A stretch of 60,948 bases of DNA, filler included, from Jimgerdemannia flammicorona (Eukaryota), in NCBI GenBank assembly GCA_003990765.1. It is 3 parts of 3 records of this genome, joined end to end, with 100 filler letters (N's around TTAATTAATTAA, not from the genome) between each part and the next. Parts side by side here need not be neighbours in the genome. Positions count along the whole stretch, not along the records: positions 40,702 to 60,948 come from RBNJ01001725.1; 2 more parts are not named here. One strand, 5' to 3'. Below are positions 51,622 through 60,948 of this stretch, piece after piece. Position 1 is the first letter of the stretch, and every line of letters begins with the position of its first letter. Made by a program: the position numbers and the translations under genes. Below the pieces are notes generated by a model. It did not search any database and was not told the DNA's origin. It saw only the letters and a program-made list of their open reading frames with translations.

Positions 51622-51807
51622 TTTTTTTTTTTATTTTTTTTTTATGGTTACTGAGACTTTACTATTTATTACTAATTTATATATAAATTTACATTATCTT
51701 CTCCCACTATCCAATCCCTATAGAGGAACCCCCCCTCCTCCCTACTCTTTCATGCTTGAAAATTACTCTGTCTACCATGACCCTAACTCTTCTCTTACTC
51801 TATTCAC
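51622..51807 (-). mobile_element. LINE 3' end with poly(A), interrupted by G2; continues at 60605-60948
   Basis: T run then C-rich sequence resembling 48450-48620; C-rich LINE-like sequence resumes after the G2 right LTR. Confidence 0.65.
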
Positions 51808-52308
51808 TGTCACATAGTGGTTGCTGAGTTCTTCAAATATGCCAGATTCTCTTCAAGGTATATCTCTTAGACTAACTCAAGTTTGTTATAAGCAAGTTCT
51901 TATTGGAGTACCTTCTCAAGGTCTTATAGTCCTCAAACTTCTTATCTTTAAACTGTCTTGTTATCTCTTAGATTGCTTGCAAGGAAGTGTATATATTGTA
52001 CTGAGAAGACTGACTTTATTTCAGAGGAAATAAGAGGAGTATTTATACAAAATATAATTCAATAGTTGCTAAGATATAAAGCTAAATATAAATTCCAATA
52101 ACTAAAATAAAATGCCAGGACAGGAAAAACTGCTATATTCCAGGGTTGGTACTGATAGTTGTATAGGTTCAGGATACTGGTATAATTTGATATCACATCA
52201 GAATACTGGTGCTGGCATTATTCAGTATTACATCAGAATACTGATGCTGGCATTATTCAGTATTACATCAGAATGCTGATGCTGGCATTATTCAGTATAA
52301 CCAAGAGT

Positions 52309-53115
52309 TTAGAGCAGAATGTTCAGGACTATGAGGGCTTCATCATCAGAGGTCAGGATGTCTTCGAAGGAGATCAGGTCTGCAAATTCATTGTCATCAC
52401 ATATTTTGCATACTTCATGTGGAATAACATCATTACCAATGATGTCATTACATTTGGTGGTGGGAAGGAGGTCTGGAGCTCTCTAGTCTATGAGGTTCTC
52501 TTCCACAAAATAGGAGACAAATGTGGGGTCTTGGGGAGATCTAACCTGGATGCTTGGGCCTTGGAATACTGAGATCAATCCTTGTAGGAATTGGTCTGGA
52601 TTGTCCTGGAGGATTGGATGCCAGAAGTCTTCTACTTCATCACTATTGAGGGTGATAGTGGACTGGACTTCTGTAGCCACTCTGGCTTCTAGTGCATTGA
52701 TATGGCGGAATGACAGGTCTCTGAAATCTGAGACTCTAACATACTCTAAGTTGGAGATTGACCATGGTGCATGCCTGAAGATCTGATAGATCTTCGTAGC
52801 TGTCCTCATTTCGTATATATCCATAGAAGTGGCATCTTGTAGCTCTTGAATGCTGGCCTGTGGGAACTCCTGGCAGAGGAGGTTTCCTATTTTATACTCC
52901 TGCCATATTTGGAGGCATTCAGTAGCAATAGTGATCCTTGTTTCCATTTCACAGCAGTAGAGGATATAATGATAAGGGTTATTGGTACCCAGGTTGACAC
53001 TAAGAGTCCTTCTTGAGCAGGTCCTTATGGCTCTTCTGATGTCTTGGAACATCCTTTCTTTGACTGAGATGCCTTGGTGGTTCCTTGATCTTGAGGTTTG
53101 GCAGGCAGCAGGTAT
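52309..53115 (-). pseudogene. LTR-encoded ORF, best-preserved copy (268 aa, unknown function)
   Basis: 807 nt in one frame; start codon reads ATA (ATG in two other copies); one internal TAG at 52483-52485 (Trp in other copies). Confidence 0.78.
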
Positions 53116-53194
53116 TTCATTTGTAGTGAGTCTTTGAGCTATTTTGGGATTGGTGGGTCTTATTGGTTGCTGTTACTGCAGTTTCTTGATCCTT

Positions 53195-53202
53195 CTTTTA
53201 TA
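53195..53202 (-). promoter_or_regulatory. TATA box (TATAAAAG) of the G2 LTR, ~80 nt upstream of the LTR ORF
   Basis: Present at the equivalent position in all four LTR copies. Confidence 0.65.
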
Positions 53203-53799
53203 TTCCCCAGGATGCTTGTACTATAGTTACAATGACTCACAGTTGATAATTATTGCTCATCTCATATGCTATATGATCTTCTTATACTCTGATCTGGTCG
53301 CTTATAAGGAAAGACTGTCTTCTGTACTGATGTCATCATTCTGGGGTCACTATTACATCTTCCTCCTGAATAAGGATCTTCTTGAGTGTCCTTATTCATT
53401 GGTCTAGTCCTGAAAAATTTACTGATCCCATAACCTCTGGCAAGGGGTTGAAAAGTGGTGTTTATGGGCTGGCATCTTCTCTTTGTATTTTGGCATGATG
53501 GTGAAGAGTCACTCCCTTCATATAGAGCAAGGGCCTGATTCTGATCTTGACTAATCAGTTGATGGTTTGAACTCCTCTGGCTTCAAAAGTCTCATAGATG
53601 AGTAGTTGCTGGTGCTGTATCCCTTAGAGAATGGTCCAGACAGATAGCCTACTAGTCACAGAACATACTGTTATGATTCATGGACTAGAACCTCATGGGT
53701 GGTCATTATGTTTTGCTTCTCTTATATAGGTTCGTGGTACTTCTTGAGTCTATTTCTATATACTGTGATAGGCAGTATGGTCTCTGAGATTTTCTAAGC

Positions 53800-56330
53800 C
53801 AGAAGGTAGTTCTCTTGATATTGTACATGTAGAAGAGTTCTTCCCATTTGGGCTCCAGTTTTTGCAACCATGAGGCTTCTACCATATTTCAATACAGTAG
53901 GACCTTTTCTCTGATTCGGATGGGTTCTAGGGTCTTGTGATTCTTTTCCACATTCTTTCTTATCAGTGCTTGTAACTTGATAATGTAATTTTCAGCCTTC
54001 TTCCTGATTTGGTGTAGCCTCTGGATTTCTGTATCAATCTATCTCCAAGTTAGGTCTAGATTTGTGGCTGAGGTTCCATCAGAATCTTCTTCTCTGAAGA
54101 GCAGTTCTCTTGGGGTAAAGTGTGTACTCTGTGATCATATATCTCATAGGACAGAGAGGGCAGGTGGGAGATAATTATCACAACTCTCATATGTCTCTGA
54201 GATCTTTACCAAGATGTTCTTGAGAGTCTTGTTGGTTCTCTCTGTCTGTCCATTTCCTTGAGAGTGGTATGTGGTGGTCTTGATGTGCTGGATCTTGTAT
54301 TTCTGATATATTATCTCATGGAATCTATTGACAAATTCTGTACCATAGTCTGTTGTAATTTGCTTTAGTGTCTTGTAGTGGCAGATGATTTCTCAGTGCA
54401 GGAAGTCAGCTATAGAGAGAGTATTGGCTTCTTGTAATGCTCCTGCTTCTATCCATTTTGTGAAGAGGTCTACAATAACTATAATATAGTGGTTTCCTAA
54501 TAGTGTTACTGGTAGTGGCCCAATGATATCCATTGCAATGTGGTGAAAGGGGATAGGCTCAATTTTGATGACCCAGGTGTCTGGTCTTGCTGATCTTGTT
54601 TCTGTTTTTGATACTTGTCACACCCTTTTGACAAATTAACACAGGTCATCTTCTATCTTGGGCCACCACATGGTTCTTCTTGTCTTGTCATATGTATTGG
54701 TTCCTCCTAGGTGTCCTTGCTCATATACTTCCTTCATTACTTGATACTTCTTGTGTTCAGATATTACTAGCTTTCCTCCTTTTCTGAGTATAGTGTTGTC
54801 TAGTTCAAACTGTTTCCAAGTCTGATTGATGATAGTGATTGTCCAGGGTTTGAGGTGGTTGGGCATCTTCTGCTGTCCAAGATAGCTGATTAATCCATAG
54901 TATAGCTCCTTATTCATGTTGAATAGTCTTGATGGAGGTATTTCGGGGTATCCTTGAGAGTGCATTAGCATTGGTGTTAGTTCTTCTTGAGCAGTGCTTG
55001 ACAGTACAGTCATACTCTTGCAGCCTGTAGATCCATCTGACATATATTCCTTTGGGGTTCAGAGTGTGGAATAGCCAGACAAGAGCAGAATGGTCTGTTT
55101 GAATAGTGAAGTGTTTCCCAACTAAGTAGTAGTGGAACTTGTCTACTGCCCAAACTACTGCTAAGTATTCAAGCTTGCATGACTCATAATTCTGTTCTGC
55201 TCTGCAGGTACCTTGGCTTACATAGGAGATGATATATTTATGTCCATCTTTCTTCTGAGCTAGGACTGCTCCAAGTCCTATAGCACTTGCATCTGTCTAC
55301 AGGATGTATTCTAGGTTCCAATCTGGTCTTCTGAGGATAGGTGCTTGGATCAATCTGGTCTTGAGTTCATTGAAGGTTTCTTGGCACCCCTTGGTCCATT
55401 CAAATTTGGTTTTCTTCTTCAGTAGCTCATAGATAGGTACTATAATGTTGGAGTATCCTTTGATGAATCTTTTGTAGTAGCTGGCCAGTCCAAGGAAGGC
55501 ATGGACTTCTGTGGTTGTTCTGGGTCTTGGGTAGGCTGCAATAGTCTCAATCTTCATAGAGTCTATGTGAATTCTGGTCTGGTTGATGAGGTGTCCTAGA
55601 TAGGTGATTTCTTGAGCTGCAAACTTACATTTCTTGGGCTTGATGTAGAGGCCATGCTCCTTGAGCTTCTTGAGGACTAGCTGTATGTGATTAATATATT
55701 TCTGTGCAGTGTTACTGAAGATGATTACATCATCAATATAGACAAAGAGCCATTTTCCAATCTCATTGCTGAAGACTCTATTTATCATTCACTGGAAACT
55801 TACTGGGGCATTGCATATTCCAAATGGCATTCACAGATAGATATAGGTGGCATCAGGTGTGATAAAGGCTGATTTCTCACTGGCATCTTAAGTGAGACCA
55901 ATCTGATGGAAGCCTGAGAACAGATCCAGGGTAGTATAGTATTTGGCTTCACTTCTAAGAGTGGTAAGGATTTCTTGAATATTTGGCAAGAGCTGCCTAT
56001 CCTTCTTGGTGATGCTATTGAGCTTTCTGTAGTCAATGCAAAGTCTTGACACAAACTCTCCAGGCTTGCTTTCTTTCTTCAGGGCAAGGACAATGGGTGA
56101 GGCCTAGGGGCTGATAGCTTACTTGATGATTCTGGCTTCTTCCATTTCCTTGAGTTCTGCTTGCAGCCATTCTCTGAAGGCAGGTGGTATGGGTCTGGCT
56201 TTCTGGTAGATGGGCTTGGTATCACCAGTGTCAACTTTATGATAGTACTTGGGTTCTTGATTGTGGATATCCCTGAAGTCTGTAGTAAGTACTCCTTCAT
56301 TCTGATGTAGGATCTTGAGAAGTTGTTCTT
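53800..56330 (-). pseudogene. G2 pol: RT, RNase H, integrase
   Basis: RLCIDYRKLN, FVYIDDVIIFS, FLGLASYYKRFIKG, TDASAIGLGAVL, HIAMDIIGPLP, YHSQGNGQTERTN. Confidence 0.92.
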
Positions 56331-57189
56331 CCAGGGGAAAGTTTTCTCCAATAGTGTATGTGTGCTTGTTCTGGTCCTTGTCTTTCTTGTGCTCAAGTTC
56401 AGTAATCTTGATGGCAGTATAGGCTTCTCTTCCAGTAGATCCAAAGTCTTGTTCTTCTCTCTTGGTCTTGATGAGTTCAATGGCTTCTATGATCTTGGGC
56501 TTCTTGATTTCATAGATCAGTATCTGGCCAATTCTGTCATGCTTCTTGACTTCGAATGGGGTAGTGGGGTTGTGATTCCTGACTATGAGGAAGATTTCGC
56601 CAGTGTAATCAGAGTCAATTACTCCTCCTTAAACTGAGATTTTGCTTTTGGCCAGACTGCTCCTGGTCTTGATAATTCCAACATGGTTTTCTGGCAGCTT
56701 GACTCCAATTCCAGTGCCAAGTAGGGTGGTGGTCTGTGGTTCGAGGGTAGCATCTTGAATGCTGGCAAGGTTCATTCCTATGGTTCCTTCAGTCTTGTAT
56801 TCTGGGATCTTGGCTTCGGGTGAAACTTCTTGACCTTGAGGGTGATGTCTGATTCTTATTCCTCCTTGTTGTCATATCAGCCTGAAGCTCTGGGGGCTGG
56901 TCATCTTCTTCAGCTTTCCTTTTTGCTTCAGTGACTTCTTGCTTGTGTTTCTGTTGGTGGATTTTCCTGACTTCACTGATATAAGACTAGCAGTCATTCA
57001 GGTGTTCAGAGCAGTACATCCTAGTACTATGGGGGCATCTCCCTTGAGGGGCATAGCCATTGATGATCTTATTATACCACTGCTCATTTGTGAGCTTGGG
57101 TGTCTTGTTCTTGTTCTTATTCATCAAGTACATGAAAACCTCTGTGTCCTCTTCATCTCCTTCCTCCATGTCTGGTAGGACTCCTTTGT

Positions 57190-58930
57190 GGACATTGATA
57201 GAGACTCATACCTTTCTTCCTCTATAGTTGATCTGCATCTTCTGGGCATTGAGGTCAATGATGGCCTTGGCCTTATAAAGCCATTGGTTGCCAATGAGAA
57301 TGTCATAGTTGGTGGTGCTTATAATAATCACATCTACTGGAATGGTAGCTCCTCCTATCTTGATGGGGACTTCTTGGATTTTGCCAAGAAGGGTAGCTCA
57401 TATACTATTAACTGTAATATAGACCATCTTGGTGGACTCTTCAATATCCCAACTTAGGAAGTCAATTGCCTTCTTACTCATGAGGCATCCTCCAGCACCA
57501 GTATCAATGATAGTATCAAAGATACAGTCTTCAATCTGACATAAGATAGGCTGATGTCTTGTGCTGGTCTTCAGATTCTTCACCTGAGTTTTCAGATTCT
57601 TCCTGTGCATTGTGAGCTTCTATAATCTTGTACTCTTGATTCTTAGCAGTAGTTGTAAGTCCTACTCTCAACTGTTGTCTGAAGGCAGAGACTTCAGCTA
57701 GTTGTCCAAAAGTAGCATTGACCTTCTGTTTCTTGAGGTCCTTGTAGATATCATACTGGTGGATCTTGGTCTTGCACAGCTTCTGTTCCTTCTTGCTCTC
57801 GCTTTCTCCTAAGACTGAAGTAGTGCCTTCAATAATTTGGTGAGCAGCTTCATTTAACTCCATATTTTGATCAATCTCCTCAGGTTGAGTCTTGCTTTGA
57901 ATAGTGACAGCTGGGGTCTTCTTTGGTCTTCCAACTGGCTTGCTGTTGCTCTTCCTGTCATAGGGCTTGGACTGGGTTCTGGTACCTTCAGTAGCAGGGT
58001 AGAATTTGAGCTCCTCATAGTATTCTTCATCATCAGTATTACCAATCTCCTCAATGACTACTGCATTGGTTTGTTCTCTGGTTCTGCTAGCATTGCTTGG
58101 TTGGGCTTTGCATCTTGTTTTGGTCATACAATTCTTTGCATAGTAGCCTTCTTCTTTATATCTGAAGCATATGATATTGCATTCTTCTATAGCAGCTGCA
58201 AATCTCTGCACTGGTCTCCTGTTAGTACTTCAGACTTCTCTAACAACATCACCAAGATATGCAGTCATCTTGGCAAACTGCTTAGCAAGTTCTTCCACTG
58301 AGTCAGCTTTGGCTGCCTTGGGGATAGGTGGGATTGGTTGTCTGTTTACAACTATGGCAGATATGATACTAGTTGGCTTTGATGGCTCCATCTTGATGCT
58401 AGTTATTTTCTCCATTGAGTGTTCAGCAGGGTGTCTGATAGTCCAATATCTCTGTACAAAGACCACTTTCTGATCAAGGGTCAGTGCAGCTGGGGTAGAC
58501 CAGATTGCTAGGGCAATTTTGGGGTGAACTCCTTTGAGGAAGGTTGAATCTGCTATTTGTTCCTTGAGACAGTCATCATAGCTAGCCAGTATAATCTGGT
58601 GGCAGATTTGGGTATAGAATGAGTTGGGATCTTCACTAAGTTCCTGGCAGATAGTATTGAGTTGATCTTTGAGAGCTTGCTTGATCTCTTCAGTATAGTA
58701 TATTGTTCTGAGGAAAGCTTTCATGTTGGCAAGTTTGGCTACACCAGTATCAGAAATAGTGGCTGTATTGAACTTATCTCTGGCAGGTCCTCTGAGGCTA
58801 ACTAGTAGAAGGGCCAATTGTGCATCCACACCAAGGGCTCATATGGTGGTGAATTTTTCAAAGTCTTCAATGAAGGTCAGAATTGACTCTTCAGTAGTAT
58901 ATCTATAGAATGTGAGGAGATGCATTTCTA
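57190..58930 (-). pseudogene. G2 gag and protease
   Basis: SLRGPARD, EDPNSFY, FLKGVHP; decayed knuckle CFRYKEEGYYAKNC; IIDTGAGGCLMS. Confidence 0.87.
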
Positions 58931-59051
58931 TCTTGTCTTGAATTCTTGCAGGGGTGACTCTTGTAGTCAGGGTAGTTGTTGTGGGGGTTGTTTATTTTTC
59001 AGCTTGAAAGTGAGGGATTTGTCTTGAATCACCAGCCAATAGGCACTAAGT

Positions 59052-60604
59052 TGTCACATAGTAGTTGCTGAGTTCTTCAAATATGACATATTCTCTTCAA
59101 GATATATCTCTTAGACTAACTCAAGTTTGTTATAAGTAAGTTCTTATTGGAGTATACCTTCCCAAGATCTTATAGTCCTCAAACTTCTTATCTTTAAACT
59201 ATCTTGTTATCTCTTAGATTGCTTGCAAGGAAGTGTGTATATTGTACTGAGAAGACTGACTTTATTTCAGAAGAAATAAGAGGAGTATTTATACAAAATA
59301 TAATTCAATGGTTGCTAAGATATAAAGCTAAATAAAAATTCCAATAACTAAAATCAAATACCAGGATAGGAAAAACTGCTAAGTTCTAGGGTTGGTACTG
59401 ATAGTTGTACAGATTCAGAATGCTGGTATAATTTGGTGTCACATCAGAATACCAGTACTGGCATTATTAAGTGTTACATCAGAATGTCAGTACTGGCATT
59501 ATTCAGTGTTACATCAGAATGCCAGTGCTGGCATTATTCAGTGTAACCAAGAGACTTAGAGCAGAATGTTCAGGACTATGGGGGCTTCATCATTAGAGGT
59601 CAGGATGTCTTCAAAGGAGATGAGGTCCATGAATTCGTCATCATCGCATGTTTCACATACTTCACATAGGATGACATCATCGCTGATGACATCATCATAT
59701 TCAGTAGCAGGAAGGAGGTCTGGAGCTCTCCAGTCTATGAGGTTCTCTTCCACAAAATAGGGGACAAATGTGGAGTCTTGGAGAGATCTAACCTGGATAC
59801 TTGGGCCTTGGAATACTGAAATCAATCCTTGCAGGAATTGGTCTGGGTTGTTCTGGAGGATAGGATGTCAGAAGTCTTTTACTTTATCACTATTGAGAGT
59901 GATAGTGGACTGGGCTTCTGTAGCCACCCTGGCTTCTAGTGCATTGATATGGCAGGATGACAGGTCTCTGAAATCTGAGACTCTAACATACTCTAAGTTG
60001 GAGATTGACCATAGTGCATGCCTGAAGATCTGATGGATCTTCTTAGCTGTCCTTGTTTCACATATATCTATGGGAGTGGTATCTTGTAGCTCTTGAGTGC
60101 TGGCCTGTGAGAACTCCTGGTAGAGAAGGTTTACTATTTTATACTCCTGTCACATTTGGAGGTATTCAGTAGCAATGGTGATTCTTGTTTCCATTTTATA
60201 GTAATAGAGAATATAATGATAAGGGTCACCAGTACCCAGGTCAACACTAGGAGTCCTTCTTGAGCAGGTCCTCATGGCTCTTCTGATGTTTTGGAACATC
60301 CTTTCTTCGACTGAGATGCCTTGATAGTTCCTTGATCTTGAGGTTTGGTGGACAGCAGGTATTTTATTTGTAGTAAGTCTTTGAGCTATTTTGGAATTGG
60401 TGGGTCTTGTTGATTGCTATTACTATGGTTCCTTAATCCTTCTTTTATATTTCTCAGGATGCTTGTACTGTGGTCACAATGACTCACAGTTGGTAATTAT
60501 TGCTCATCTCATATATTGTATGATCTTCTTGTGCTCTGATCTGGTAGCTTGCAAGAAAAGACTGTCTCCTATACTGATGTCATCATTCTGGGGTCACTGT
60601 TACA
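59052..60604 (-). repeat. G2 5' LTR (1553 bp)
   Basis: Followed on the minus strand by ACT and TAGTGCC... (putative decayed TGG-start PBS). Confidence 0.93.
59556..60362 (-). pseudogene. LTR-encoded ORF, copy in the G2 5' LTR
   Basis: Same 807-nt length and same terminal LNILL* as 52309-53115. Confidence 0.72.
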
Positions 60605-60948
60605 CTACATATCTTCTCTACCAAATGATGCTATCAACTACCCTGCAGTCTCCACCCATACCACTAACCCATCAGAGTATCCTCCATCAGTCCTTCCCAT
60701 CACAACAGTCATACTCCTAAGCCCAGATATCTTCTATCCTCAAATACAAACAGCTAGTGTCCTGCCAACCCTACTTATATAGCCAGCACCCACCCTAAAG
60801 TAAGCCACTCCCTCTCAATCCCTCTCACCAATCTATCCTGCAAATTCTCCCACTGATCCCTCATACCATCCTCCCACTGCATAATACCCAACCTCTTTTC
60901 AACATCTATCTAAAAGTCACCAAGCACCTCACACTCTCCTAGCTAATG

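Larger units (their letters stand above)
51808..53357 (-). repeat. G2 3' LTR (1550 bp), with 3 x 35-bp tandem repeat at 52195-52299
   Basis: Direct repeat of 59052-60604. Confidence 0.93.
51808..60604 (-). mobile_element. Full-length Ty3/Gypsy LTR retrotransposon G2, decayed
   Basis: LTRs 51808-53357 and 59052-60604 (TG...CA); PPT AGGAGGAAGA at 53358-53367; gag-PR-RT-RH-IN; flanks TCAC/CTAC (possible decayed 4-bp TSD). Confidence 0.95.

Noticed and set aside
59030..59048. Specific tRNA assignment for the G2 PBS
   Set aside because: Sequence TAGTGCCTATTGGCTGGTG is too decayed to name the primer tRNA without the host tRNA set.

Overview
Eukaryotic, most likely fungal, genomic DNA (spliceosomal GT-AG introns, fungal-type beta-carbonic anhydrase). 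The first ~3.1 kb is CpG-rich host sequence with an intact 5-exon beta-carbonic anhydrase gene (1420-2483, minus) and a frameshifted tandem paralog pseudogene (<1-459). The other ~58 kb is a CpG-depleted nest of decayed transposable elements. It holds two full-length Ty3/Gypsy LTR retrotransposons of different families (G1 22202-32806; G2 51808-60604), a tandem LTR-LTR relic of the G2 family (4075-7194), a chromovirus integrase/chromodomain fragment, a piggyBac transposase, a 6.3 kb hAT element with TIRs and 8-bp TSD, and several L1/Tx1-type LINEs (two near full length, tail-to-tail across an assembly gap). Most notable: (i) every G2-family LTR carries a complete TATA / ~268-codon ORF / AATAAA unit of unknown function; (ii) the tandem LTR pair is joined by exactly the 5 nt expected from ligated unprocessed cDNA ends (a fossil 2-LTR-circle or dimer junction); (iii) G1 pol carries a dUTPase and a Zn2Cys6-like six-cysteine motif between protease and RT; (iv) extra decayed ORFs lie convergent to both DNA-transposon transposases. 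All calls come from manual reading and translation; no database search was run.
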